A stretch of 63,944 nt of DNA, counting the filler, from Craspedostauros australis (taxonomy: Eukaryota): NCBI GenBank assembly GCA_030167865.1. It is 5 parts of 5 records of this genome, joined end to end, with 100 filler letters (N's around TTAATTAATTAA, not from the genome) between each part and the next. Parts side by side here need not be neighbours in the genome. Positions count along the whole stretch, not along the records: positions 1 to 23,600 come from JALAGF010005530.1; positions 23,701 to 53,503 come from JALAGF010005533.1; 3 more parts are not named here. The stretch is one strand, 5' to 3'. The translations under genes and the position numbers were made by a program. Positions 23,503-35,782 of the stretch are shown in pieces. The notes below the pieces were generated by a model. It was not told the DNA's origin. It worked only from the letters and a program-made list of their open reading frames with translations, and did no database searches. The first letter of the stretch is position 1. Every line of letters starts with the position of its first letter.

Positions 23503-23600
23503 GCCACCAACGGGTCGAGGATGGAGGAAATGAGGCAAGCCGCGAGACCTGGCCATGGCCACCGGCCGTTTGCGTTGCGACTCCATGAGGCATTCGCAGA

Positions 23601-23700
23601 NNNNNNNNNNNNNNNNNNNNNNNNNNNNNNNNNNNNNNNNNNNNTTAATTAATTAANNNNNNNNNNNNNNNNNNNNNNNNNNNNNNNNNNNNNNNNNNNN
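23601..23700. other. Artificial scaffold linker N-TTAATTAATTAA-N
   Basis: All-frame-stop 12-mer at 23645-23656 inside an N run; the same linker occurs four times. Confidence 0.97.
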
Positions 23701-23834
23701 GCCCCAGGCAACATCATTCTTCACAGCGGATCCAGGAGCAGAAGCCTGATTGGTTTATTTGAAATCCTGTCAGCCAATGATATCAAAACACGAATGCACG
23801 ATTACTTTGGGAATCAAGAAGAGCCGAACACAGG

Positions 23835-23952
23835 TCAACTCATCGATACACAAATTTCGCACGATCAAATCATCGATGCACAAATCATGCACGATCAAAT
23901 CAACGATGCACAAACCATGCACAATTCAAATCAATGATGTACAATCCATGCA
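23835..23952. repeat. 30-bp tandem repeat (~4 diverged copies, TCAAATCATCGATGCACAAATCATGCACGA)
   Basis: Directly visible units. Confidence 0.85.
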
Positions 23953-24460
23953 TCATCTGCTTACAATTTTGTTAGTCTCTTAGTTGCAAACCACCTCTCT
24001 GAGTTACTAATAGTTTACAGAGCCAGGCAGTATCCTCTTCCAAATCAGTCGAATCTACTGCTGGAAAACAACACCCGATCCTTGCATTCACGTTATCCAT
24101 CGTGTTTTTGTTCGTTTCGTTGATGGGATGGAAGCACGCTGCAAAAGAAGTGTTGGGTGGACCGCGTGCAAAGTGCCAGAAATGAATGATTTCTCCGAAC
24201 TCCAGACGTCAGTTGAAATCGTATCTTCTGTTTGTGATGTTGACACCTTTGGTGTGACGTCAAGCACAGTGCCAATCTCGGCTCTGCTTTTTGAGACGCG
24301 AAGCCGCTCATCGCGGCAACAGCCAAACGCATCGTCAAGCCACAAATACGATACCTTCGAGAGAATCATCCACAACAACAAGCACACCCTCATCGCACTC
24401 CTCTCCATACCAGTACATACGCTCCACGGAGTACAAGTTCTCCGTCTTCGCTGCATCAAC

Positions 24461-25370
24461 ATGAAACAAGCACCCGCTATCTCTCTCTTCCTCGTCCTTG
24501 CCTCCGCAGAGGCGTTCGTGACGACAGGACGATCTTCCCCATGCTGCGGGCTTCGGACCGACCACGTCCAAGTGGCAAGCAGCGTCGTGGACAATGCCGA
24601 ACACGATGACCGACGCATCATGTCACGGCGCGATTGGGTCGGTATGATGTCATCGGCTGCATTTGTGATCCCTGCTGTGACTGCGCCAAGGTCTGCGGAA
24701 GCACAGGCGATGGATTCATGTAAGTCGCGTTCGTGTTGCTGTCGTCAAAGTGAATGAGCGCATGCGTGAGATGTATGGACGTGCCAATTCACAAAGAAAA
24801 TGCTCACGACGCATGCTTGTCAATCGAACATTCAACACGCAATACAATTGCGGATGGTATTCTGCACACTCCAACCCCCATCATTCTCCTGTTCCGCGAT
24901 ATTCTACAACACAATTCTTCGTTTTTATCCTGCCACTCTGATACTCCGGCATTAATTGGACTCTACAAATACTTTGCCGCATTGCATCATGGACAGCGTC
25001 GGTGTACATGGCCGACTCTATCAAGACCATGGACATGGGCCTTCCATCGTATGGGACCATTTCCAATCCAAAGGCGAACAGCGAAACGCTCACGACCGAG
25101 TACGAGGAACCGAAGGAAGCCAAGGTGAAGAAGGAGAGATCCAAGCCAAGTCCCAAAGACGATTCAGACGAAGGTGAAAACCCGCTCGCGTTCGTGCTTC
25201 CATCGATGAACAAGAGCAACAAGAAGCCAGCAAAGGCAGCGCCCGCACCCTCCGCGCCGAAACCAAAGGCCGAGAAAGAGAGCAGTCCGCAGTACGAGAT
25301 CGTTGACTTTTCCCTCCCATCGTACTCAGGTGAAACCGGTGCGAAGCAGAAGAGTGTGTTCAGCTTGTAG
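24461..25370 (+). CDS. Putative thylakoid-lumen protein (bipartite plastid leader plus twin-Arg signal); exons 24461-24719 and 24997-25370
   Basis: MKQAPAISLFLVLASAEAF; SRRDW..hydrophobic..AEA; in-frame GT-AG splice; repeated D(M/F)xLPSY motif. Confidence 0.75.
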
Positions 25371-26230
25371 ATCCTCATGTATCAGATCCAGAGGCAGACG
25401 GGTTGGACCGCCCAGGTGTGTGTTGCCAACCAGTCACTTGGTTAGCCAATCAATCAATCAATCAATCAGACACGTCAATGCAGACACACCAACCCAGCGT
25501 GAAGTAGAGTGGAGAGTACCGAATACACCGCTCCATGGCCGTTGCAGCGCATCGGGTGCATGTCATAAAGCTAGAGGAAGCGCTTGCATTGCTGCCTCGG
25601 GCAGAGCAGTTCGACACAGCTTAGTGTTCTTTTGACACCGCCAGGCTGAACAGAACAGTACTTACTAATGGAACATCATTCCACAGTATTCAGACCGAAA
25701 GAGTGATGCAGCACAGCGGTACAAGCATACTGATGGTGGGCGAGACTAGAGCAAATGTAATAATATGAGTGTGTGAGGTGCCGAGAGATGGGGAGAATGA
25801 ATGAGAGGAAGAGAAAGGTGCAGGTGGTGTCCATCTTGTCTTGGGTTGGCTTGACTTCGTTCTGATCGCGTTGGACGGATTGATCGAGAAAAAGGAACCC
25901 GGAGGTTTCGAAATTTGAGTGTTTGATACCATCGAATTCGTACTAGTTATCGTGTCCTTGTTTTCGTAGTACCCTCCATAGTACCTAATTTGCTCCATTC
26001 GCATCGTTGACACCAAACAACTGATGTCAGCGAGAAAGAAATCTGTGTTCTGCGCGGCACGGTTGGCACTCCCATCCACCAGATCCAAAAGGGAAACAGA
26101 AAGAGAGAAGATCCGATCACATCCGAACACATCCGGACACATCACACAAAACCCAAATACCGGATCAAAGCAAAGAAACCAGCAGCAGCAGCAGCAGCAA
26201 CAGCAACTCGCCTCTCTCTTGATAACCAAC

Positions 26231-28784
26231 ATGAAGATCGCAACGATGATTTCCGGAGCCCTCTTTGCCACCACCACATCTGCCTTTGCGCCACGCACCA
26301 ACGTGGCCTTCCACCATGCCACCCGTGCATTCTCCCGCTCCGCCAGCGCCATGATGGCTGGCAACCCACAGGGTACGTTTGGACGGTCAAGATGTCTGCC
26401 TTCGCAGCGGTCCCGCTGATTCGTTGCCGGAGTTCTGTTTGCTCTCCGGCTGCGAAAGCCGACGAACGTCATGCCATGCCGAGCAGTTGCTTCGCTCTTG
26501 GTGACTGATGGATTGGTTGGTTGGTTGGTTAGTTGGCAAATGAGTCAAGTTGGCGGATACCAGCGAACGGAGGCGGTCATATCCATGATCATGAATGTTG
26601 TTGCGCCCTGCTTCACCCATCAACTCCAGTGCTCATACCACACACGTACGCATGGCGTTTCATACGATGAGATGTGGTACAACAGTTTATTCTGACTGAA
26701 GATCCGTTCCTTCTTTCTTTCTGTCTTTCCTTCTCTTGTCTTGATTCTGCACTGATTTGGACGTGACAAACACATGCTGCGGTTCGTACATGCTGGTATC
26801 CAGTCTTCTTTGATATGGAAGTCGGTGGCGAAGAAATTGGACGCATCACCTTCGAGCTGCGTGCCGATGAAGCCCCAATTACCGCCGAGAACTTCCGTGC
26901 CCTTTGCACCGGAGAGAAGGGATTTGGATACAAGGTGCGCAGAATGGCAATGAAAATGAAGATGGGTGCATGGTTTTGTTGTGTGACCAATGGTTTGCGT
27001 GTGCCTTGGGAGAGGATGAATGGGTGATGTGTTGGCGATCGACACGATGATATGCATTCAGCACGCTCTGCGCTTGCTGGGATGGCCCGCAGAATTGGTG
27101 ATCCAGCGCCGATACGCGCGGTACTCTGCTCTGGGACGGCACGTTTATGCGAGGCTTTGCACAATCGAATGTGATCCAATCTGCGAACTAACCTTGTGAC
27201 GAAATCTCGTGCATCCGCCACAACCACAAAACTACCATGTACAAATGCACGGACACGTACGCGCTTGCTCTTCTTCACTCTATACTTGCTTTGACTCAGG
27301 GATCATCCTTCCATCGTGTCATCCCACAATTCATGTAAGTTCATCTCTCGTATCGTATCAAGTCCAAGACATCGTTCTGATGTGCTCTGTGGTCCCTTTT
27401 TGCGGTCTACAGTGGGTGGAGTTGATGCCAAAGCTCAAGCACTCTCCACAACACAAGTGCCCCTGTCACCTTCGTAATGATCGTAACGATCCTCGCTATT
27501 TCTGTCTCGATCATCGCTCACATCGAATCCCATCACGACATTCCTCTTGTCTTCGTTCTCTCGCTTCTTCGCTCCCTTTTTCAGGTGCCAAGGAGGTAAG
27601 TACGCCGCCTACTGTAGAACGTTGACTCATAGATTGCACGGAAGATGGATGCGTGTAGCTGCTCACAGTACTGTACGAGCATGGCGGAGTCTGTGGTTTT
27701 ATGCGATCCTGTGCTCTGCTGCGTGCCGTTCTTACGACATGTACCGAACACAACCAACATGAATGGAAGCAACAGCAACGGCAGAAATGAACTGGATTCT
27801 CACACTTTGGCTCGCTCAACTCTTATCCGTTTCAACCTTACCAGGCGACTTCACCAACCACAACGGAACTGGTGGAAAGAGCATCTACGGAGGTAAGTCA
27901 CGTTGCTTTGATGATTCGATGATTTTATGTGGGATGGTAACCATCCACTCTTTTGATCGAAGGCAGCTGCTTCGTCCATCATGTAGCCGGCAGATCGCGC
28001 CTGATGAACTCCTCGTCGAGGATGGTTTTTGCTCACACTATTGCTTTACTCGCAACGCTTCGTTCGTTCCCGCAGAAAAATTCGATGATGAGAACTTCAC
28101 TCTGAAGCACGTGGGCAAAGGAATCCTTTCCATGGCTAACGCTGGGCCCAACACAAACGGATCGCAGGTAAGTTGGGATTCAGCGGTGCGCAGATGATTG
28201 AAACCGAGTTCGTCCAGACTCTCATCTTTCTCACCACCTCTACTGTTTCTTCCTTCGAAAACGCTGCTCCCCCGACTCGTACGCAGTTCTTCATCTGCAC
28301 TGTCGACACCCCATGGTTGGATGGCCGGCACACTGTGTTCGGAAAGGTCGTAGGTATGTAAACTACACAATGAACGGATACTCTGCGAGGGTATGGAATC
28401 TCCACGGGCTCTGATTTGGACTCTGCCAAGAACTGATCAGTGTGGAGCACGTTGGGGATTTGTTTTTGAGCGATGTTCGTGTTCAAGGTGATGGTCCAAA
28501 CGAAGATCTCGACCACCGGCATTGTGATTTTATCATGCCCGTATGTCCACAAGACGATGCACCCAATTGCAACAAGTCCTCTCACTCACTCTCACACACA
28601 CACACACCATTGATGCTTGCCCATCGTTCTGCCAATACTGACTCATCTTGTTTTTCTCTTTTTCTGATAATAATGGTTACTCCTCGCAGACGGCCTTGAT
28701 GTCGTCGACAAGATCGAGGAGGTTGGATCGCAGAGCGGAGCCACCAGCGCCTCTGTGGTCGTCAAGGACTGCGGCGAGGTGTAG
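26231..28784 (+). CDS. Cyclophilin-type PPIase with organellar leader; 8 exons: 26231-26372, 26804-26934, 27300-27334, 27585-27595, 27845-27892, 28076-28167, 28287-28353, 28690-28784
   Basis: Splicing at GT-AG sites restores [101 protein letters not shown]. Confidence 0.93.
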
Positions 28785-30066
28785 TCAGACTCAACGTAAA
28801 GTCTCCTTCATCACCGGCAGAAGAACGAAACACAGCGACGGCAATGGCAGCAGCAAGCGAGAAGCGATAAACGACGACCAAATGCGCTGGTATTGTAGCG
28901 ACGCAGTGGCTTCGTGAATTACTCGAACAATGTGACAAACATCGGTTTGGACGTTGAACGGAATGGAGAGTGGGCAGGATTTGAAGCGCAGATACCCCAC
29001 GACGTAAAGCCTAGCAACTCTCAACACCACATCATCCCCATCTTATGATCCGCATGGACGATGATCTCTTCTGCGGAACCAGCGCGCTATCTTGGTATTG
29101 CTCTCCCCATCAGTTTTCTATTCATCAACGTGTCGAGGGCAGTCGATATTACGAAATGCTTTTGAACGTCTTCGGTATTGGGACTTGCACACAAGGAACA
29201 GTGTCGCTTTCCATCGTCTATCGTCCGCGCAATCACTCTCCTCCAAACGCTTGGGGGTCGCCTCAACATGAACATCAGCACCCATCTCCGCCACCGAAAC
29301 GAGACAGCTGGCGGACGAACAGATTAGAGTGAAAGTGGAAGTGAAAGCGAGGGGCCTGGTTGATTGCTTGGTTTGCGGTCTGGTCATTTTGCGTCGATGC
29401 TTCACAATCACGTCGCGCTGTACTGTCTGGAGGAGTATTCATCGCCCATGGTCGCAAGGCTCTCCCTTGTTCTTTGCCCTTCTTGATGTCGGTTTTGCCA
29501 GCGGTCAAGTTGCTAAGCACAGTTTACCAAAATGTGACGGACTGGTATCTTCGTCTGGTGCTCCGAACGTCACGACTCGGCCATGGTGAGCGTTTGGGCC
29601 GTTGGCGTGGAACAAATCAAATCGCCACCAAGCACGCAACGCGAATCTTGAGGGTACTCGATTAGCCCTTTATTCAAAGATGCGAAACCAAACGCCCGTG
29701 AAAACGGGCGTTTCGCATGCAATGCGTGGCGCGCTTGTGACACTCGTCACAGAAGGAAAACGAATTGATTGGTGGGAGGCGTTGCGCGGCATCAAACAAG
29801 ATTCCTGAACTGGCACAACTGCCACCACTCTGCAGTGGCAGCATTGGTGTGCTGGGGTCGCCAGACTCGCGCCGTCTTCATTCTTTGCCGCAAAGGTTGG
29901 TGGCAACGACAATACCAATAGCAATAGCGACAGCAACAACAACATCACCAACAATACGAAGAATAGGCGGACCACATCAGCATTCTCTCGAGTAGTTCCC
30001 TCGACAACATTCACCACCAGGAGACCACGCTCCCCGTACATACAATTCATCTGTGTATAGTATGAC

Positions 30067-31481
30067 ATGATGGAGCGCCAGCTAAACGATGCTGAGCGCC
30101 TTCCAATGACGATGGGCAACAGCGATGGCCGTTCCGGGCGTCGCAAAGCAGTGCGATCAAGACCACAACATGAGGACACCGCCAGTCCAACGGACGCCCT
30201 TGGCGGTGGTTTGGTCCAAGACACAACGAGGATCGATATTGACACCAACAAATCCACCAATGACGACAGAGCAGCTGCATCACATTCACCAGCGCATTCA
30301 CAAGCCGATGCTTTGCATGGCTCGTTGAGAATCGAATCCGTGAAACAACACCATTTGCGGCAAGCGCAATCATCATGGTCGATGCAACGTTCCATGCAAG
30401 AGTTCACGCAAGAGTCGATGGGGTATCAGCACGAACTGCAGGGCAAGCCAAATCATCTGTCTGCGAATGATCCAGACCAAATCAGCCATTCGTGCCTGCT
30501 CTTCCCTGTCTTCCTCGCTGCGTGGTGGTACTGGACGCGGAAGGTCTACAAAAAGGCCATCCATCGGCTGATCAAGTCGCACTCGGAATCAGACCTGCGC
30601 CAGACAGAATCGAGCCAAGATGATGCATTCCACAGCTTTGATGAACGACCGATGAGTTGGTACGTGCGTTGGTGTCACATGATTGGTCATTATTGTTCTT
30701 CTTTGATGGGATGAGATGGGATGGGATGGGATGACATGAGATGAGATGGGAGTGAATGGAATGGGATGGGATGGGATGGGATGATATCGTGCTGAATGGG
30801 AACCACTTGATTTGAAGCATGCCGTGTCGGTTGATTGTCATCGGCTCGGTTTTCATATTGCTGCTCCTCTCTGAATGCAAATGCTCACGTTGTGAACGTC
30901 GTTACATTTTCTTCGACCGATGCAACTGTCATACTTTTGCGTGCCCTCTTCCACCAAACCACCTACTCTCTGGTGCACATACATATCTATTTGCAACACG
31001 ATGTATGGCACCATATGCAATGAAATGCGAATCGACGACGTACAGGGAGAATGGGATGCCAATGGAGGAGGGAGATATCGATCCGTCGCTGCGCATGGTG
31101 CGATGGGTCAAAATTCGCAACATCCGCAAGAACCCGCAGAAATACAGAGTGACCGAATTGCAACAGTTTCGGACGATGCAGAGCAATCTGCTGGTGAATA
31201 ATGAAACATCGTCCATGACCGACGCTGACAGTCTGCATAGCGCATGCATGGCAAATCAAGCAAGCATGGCAACGGCAAACGCAGATCAGAGCCATCTCTC
31301 ACAGCAGCAACATCAGCGTTGTGAAATAGAAATGCAACAGCAACAACAACAAGAACGTCACGAGATAGAGAAGGCGCTTTCCAAAGCAGAACGGTTGGAT
31401 GATTCTTGCCATTCTTGGGTTGCAATCTCGCAGTTTGAGAACATCGGACTCTGCGTTGACGCTCCCAAAATATCGAACTGA
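30067..31481 (+). CDS. Hypothetical single-TM protein; exons 30067-30659 and 31046-31481
   Basis: A GT-AG intron joins the two ORFs in frame (MSW|ENGMP). TM segment SCLLFPVFLAAWWYW then RKVYKK. The intron contains a GGATG-type microsatellite. Confidence 0.6.
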
Positions 31482-32259
31482 TTGCAGATCAGCGAGAGTG
31501 GCATGATTCTGCTCCTCCATACAATATGACTACTTGCCAGTGCAAAGCTTGTGATCGAGGGAGCACGTCCAACCATGAAAAGATGGGCCCTGGGTTCATG
31601 TTCAAAGCCCTGGGTCCTCTTTTGGAGTTGATGGGGTTGCAATGCTCGAATTCATGTTTCCGCAACCGAACAATCCTTTCAACATTCATTTCTTCACTCC
31701 GCGATGACCTTGCGATTGAACTGCGAAGATCGAGGGTCATCTCATCTACTAATGTCGTCTGTGATGAAACGACGCCAATAGATCTATGGATAAAATGAAG
31801 AATAGTTCAACAAAGAGCGGAGGAACATCTGTCCACCACAACTTTCTCTGATGTACAACAGGTACGGTAATCCATCAATGTAATCTTCGTCCGAGTGTGA
31901 GTGTTGTCGCAGGCTATTGGAGTCTCATCCTGTCGGCACTCGCAGCTGCAATGACGGACCACACTCTCCACCAGGATGCATCTTTGCCGTCCCCAGGGCT
32001 GAAACAGAAGCGAACCAAGGGCACAGAATCGCATCTTTTCGAAGAAATTCTGGTTGGTTCTGTTTTCTGCTGCGGAAGTTACGCGAAGAGTACAACCCAC
32101 CAAAGAGTGAGTGGGAAAGACCATCCCTCCTTTCCACCACAGCAACGGTGCCGCCAGCATCAAAGATCTCTTTCGTCGGCTGCACATAACACAAGGCCAA
32201 GACGAAGCCAAGACGAATCGAAGACGCAGACAGAGACACAGTCACTCAAAGAAGCGATC

Positions 32260-33213
32260 ATGGGTGCGGAACCAACGCAGAGAACGATCTTGCAAGGCAG
32301 CGGAGGCAAGGACGATGGTGATGGCATCCTGAAACGCCTTCATCTATGTTGCCTCGGCTGCGAAGATCAACCCAACTACGGCACCTACGCGCACACCGCA
32401 CAGCTGTTCTTTGACTTGATCTGGCGATGCATGGAAGAACGCACGATGGAGGACGCGCAAGACCCCACAGTCAAGTACGATCGCTGGGAGCTCCGAATCG
32501 ATGTCTACCACGTCAAAGAAGGAGATTTCCCAGACGATTGGAATGCCTTTGATGGCTTCATTCTGCCGGGTTCTTTCGCATCCGCCTACGAAGATGAAGA
32601 ATGGATTCACAGGCTCAGCGAAGTCATCCAAACAGAGCTCATGACCCAACAACGCAAGACGTTGGGCGTTTGCTTCGGACATCAGGTGATCGCGCAGTCC
32701 TTCGCGACGGGCAAGGTGACGAAATGCCCTGTCGGTTCTCAGGCTGGGCGCAAGGCATTGGAATTGACGGATGCTGGCAAGCGAGTATTTTCACGCCATG
32801 GTGATCCTGAAGCGACGACGATCGATTTGTTTTACACGCATGGGGATATGGTGGAACAGCTGCCAGCCGACATTGCAGTGTCATTGGGTGGCAACGACAT
32901 CGTGCCCATCCAATCGGCAGCGTATTTCGCATCGCACGAGGACGCCGCGGGGTGGGTGTCATCGTCTGACGATGATGCGGATGGCAACAACCCAATCGCA
33001 ATCACCTTCCAGGCCCATCCCGAGTACACTTCGCCGAAGCTTGGATTCGAGAAGACCATGTTGCCCATTATTGAGTACATGGCGACATCGAAGCACATCA
33101 CGGAGTCCAAGGGCCAAGAGGAGATGGAGGATTCGAAACAGCACTACGGACATGTCGAGAAGCAAAGCTTGCAGACCATGATGTCGGTCGGGGAGATCTT
33201 TGGATGGTATTGA
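32260..33213 (+). CDS. Class I glutamine amidotransferase-like protein (gamma-glutamyl peptidase/GMP-synthase GATase-like)
   Basis: DGFILPGS, nucleophile elbow LGVCFGHQ, HGDMV, FQAHPE triad motif. Confidence 0.88.
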   Translation: MGAEPTQRTILQGSGGKDDGDGILKRLHLCCLGCEDQPNYGTYAHTAQLFFDLIWRCMEERTMEDAQDPTVKYDRWELRIDVYHVKEGDFPDDWNAFDGFILPGSFASAYEDEEWIHRLSEVIQTELMTQQRKTLGVCFGHQVIAQSFATGKVTKCPVGSQAGRKALELTDAGKRVFSRHGDPEATTIDLFYTHGDMVEQLPADIAVSLGGNDIVPIQSAAYFASHEDAAGWVSSSDDDADGNNPIAITFQAHPEYTSPKLGFEKTMLPIIEYMATSKHITESKGQEEMEDSKQHYGHVEKQSLQTMMSVGEIFGWY

Positions 33214-35125
33214 TGCAGGCGAGATGAATATCGTAGCAGATTGCGGAATGGAAGATGATGCTGTCATTGCCACACGCACATGTTTCGGAATCGAGGTAGG
33301 ATCGGGTCTCACATCGAACATCACTCCACTCCACTTCGGCTCATTGCGCAGCTCCAATTTGGAAGATTCTCCAGAGTTGTTCGTTCGAGAGAGGGGGATG
33401 GCAGTTTGTCGATTAGATTCGTCTCTCTAGAGAAATGGAGAGAGAGAGAGCCCCACTCTGCCTTTCTTTGCTCATACATATCCTGCTCCACTGTATATAT
33501 GTATTGGAGTGTGTGGACGCAGAGCTTGCTCCGTTGATGGGAGCGACTTCTTTCCGCAAGTGGCTGTTCTTGAGAAAGTCTATCCATTCGAATCAAGGCT
33601 GTCAGTTTTGACTCGATTGGATCGAAGATTGTCAAGTTGAACCATGGATACTGGTTGATTCACCAGAATGAACATTGTGCTTTGAGTCGCTTCTGATTGG
33701 TGGACATACGTCACAAAGTGTCACGTGGAAGCACGAGTTGAATCAACAGTTCCTGGTGCATTCGCTTTTTTATTGGCGACGACAGCGATGCCGATGTTGT
33801 GCCTGTTTTTTCCGTTGGTTGACACCCTTGTTCGACTTCATCCATCTGTGTGTGTGTGTTACGTGTGTGTCTGCGAGTTTTTGTCTTGGTCTTTGACACG
33901 GTGCCTGCGATGGATGAGATGGAAAACTGTTTTGCGATTCCGGATCCAGCGCAAGCAAACAGATACCGATGACGATACCTGGAGTGCCACGAGTAACGAC
34001 GACAACAACAGAGACATCGACTGATTGAAGAGCATCAAAGTCAACATCAACAGCCAACATCAAAAGCCAACGCATCGAGACACGACAAGACACGACGAGT
34101 ACACCTACCAGTACTACTCTACCAAAACTGTCCAGTACGCTTCCATTTCATCAGGTAAGGCAACCACGAGGCGAAGCAAGATGATGGTCGCCGTACGCGT
34201 TCAGCGTGTTACATTCCAATCCTCCACGTTACGTGACTTTGCGTCACGTTACGTTCCATGATGATACGATTGTGTTGCTTCAATTGCATTCCGGCGCAGA
34301 AACGTTCTGCGGTGTCGACACCCCAAGCCGTCGATGTCGCCTCGCACTTGGTGGCGACCTCATTCATATTTGCGCGAGTGAGCACAACTGCAATGACCGA
34401 TGGATGGGGGCGACGAAGTCTGGCAACGTGTGGTGCGCTCGGCATCGGAAGGCGCCGACCAAAGGAGGCTGAGCGATGCCGGCAGTACCTTGCTCCGATC
34501 AGCTTGCATCTTCGCACAGGATTGCACTTGTTGCATCCTCGTCGAGCAGAGGGAGAGAGAGCCGAGGATGAACCAAGCTGATGAGGTCCGATGCGTGTGG
34601 GAGACCAAGTTTGGAGCATTCTAGTATCATCATCGCAGAGCAGAAGCCCAATGAAGTACCATCATCGGCACTGACATCAACAATGTCACCAACACTCATT
34701 TTCAACTCGCGCAAGTTGTCGATTAGTGTTTGGTCGGTGTTCCGCGCTGCCCTTGCTGACTTCAACTTGCGAGAAATGGAGTCTGGCGACGTACTAATAC
34801 GAATACTCCAAAGGACTGTTGTACCACCTCGCTGGATGGTCCACGCCTTCCTCCGATCGTCATCATTCACACACTCTCTGCTTGTTTGGTTATATGCCTG
34901 CTTGCGTGCTTGCCTGGATTCATGCGCTCATCCATTTGTCTCTCACGTTTCCGCATTTGGACATTTCACAATCACCACGCACATTGGCTCACATTGCCAC
35001 ACTCCCACGGGGGACCATGCCACACCAAACCATGCTACTCTATTTCACACTCCGCGTACGCGTACGTCACATATCCGTTCGCCGCATCAGACTAGCAACA
35101 ACCCATTTCTAAATCACAGACAACC

Positions 35126-35782
35126 ATGGCGAGAACATTCAAATTCGGAATTTGCTACGCACTGCTGGTGTTGACGCTCCTGCTGGCAACTTCGGTTGTC
35201 ACCACGTACGCCGAGGAAGCACAGGCAACTGGAGAAGCGCAGCAGACGGGCGGCCAGGAGCAGCAATACGAGCCAGAGCAGCAGAAACGGGAGGCGGTGC
35301 CTGACCAGCGAGAGGCAGAGGCAGCTAAGGCTGCCGCTGAGAAAAAGCGTGCGGCAGAGAAGGAGGCCAACCAGAAAGCGGCCGAGGCTGAGGCGGAACG
35401 ACTGGCGCAGGAGGCCGCCAAGAAGGCTGAGGCAGAAGCTGCTGAAGCCACCAAGAAGGCCGCCGAAGCCGAGGCCCGACTCAAGGAAGAAAAGAAGGCC
35501 GCGGAAGCAGCAGCCAAGAAGGCTGCCGAAGAGGCAAAGGCCGCCGCTGAGAAGGCAGCAGCGGAGGCGGCTGCAGCTGAGACCGACTCGGCCGTCGAAG
35601 GGTTCAAGGGGCAGATCAAGGACATGCTCGCGACTGTCAAGTCACAAACCACCAAGGCCTTGGGGACCGTCAAGGACTTCTCCATCAAGAACAAGAAGCA
35701 GATCGCCGGCGGCATCGTGGCCGCGTGGGGTCTCCATCTTGGATTCAAGGCATTCTCCAACAACGCCGCCGCACCAGCTTAA
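35126..35782 (+). CDS. Signal-peptide protein with Ala/Glu/Lys-rich coiled coil and C-terminal hydrophobic segment
   Basis: N-terminal signal; AEAAAKKAAEE repeats; IAGGIVAAWGLHLGF near the C-terminus. Confidence 0.8.
   Translation: MARTFKFGICYALLVLTLLLATSVVTTYAEEAQATGEAQQTGGQEQQYEPEQQKREAVPDQREAEAAKAAAEKKRAAEKEANQKAAEAEAERLAQEAAKKAEAEAAEATKKAAEAEARLKEEKKAAEAAAKKAAEEAKAAAEKAAAEAAAAETDSAVEGFKGQIKDMLATVKSQTTKALGTVKDFSIKNKKQIAGGIVAAWGLHLGFKAFSNNAAAPA

Noticed and set aside
23645..23656. Recurrent TTAATTAATTAA palindrome (also 53548, 58251, 62614)
   Set aside because: Always centred in N runs and gives stops in all frames, so it is an assembly linker. This also means the adjacency of 56973-57284 and 58309-58638 is not a real hairpin.
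34578..34612. Hammerhead-like CTGATGA-GGTC..GACC
   Set aside because: The stem is followed by AAGT rather than the required GAAA, and no stems I/III are evident.
33711..34870. Minus-strand protein-like fragments, including one TGA-interrupted frame
   Set aside because: No recognisable family or consistent splice model; it may be a decayed gene but cannot be supported.
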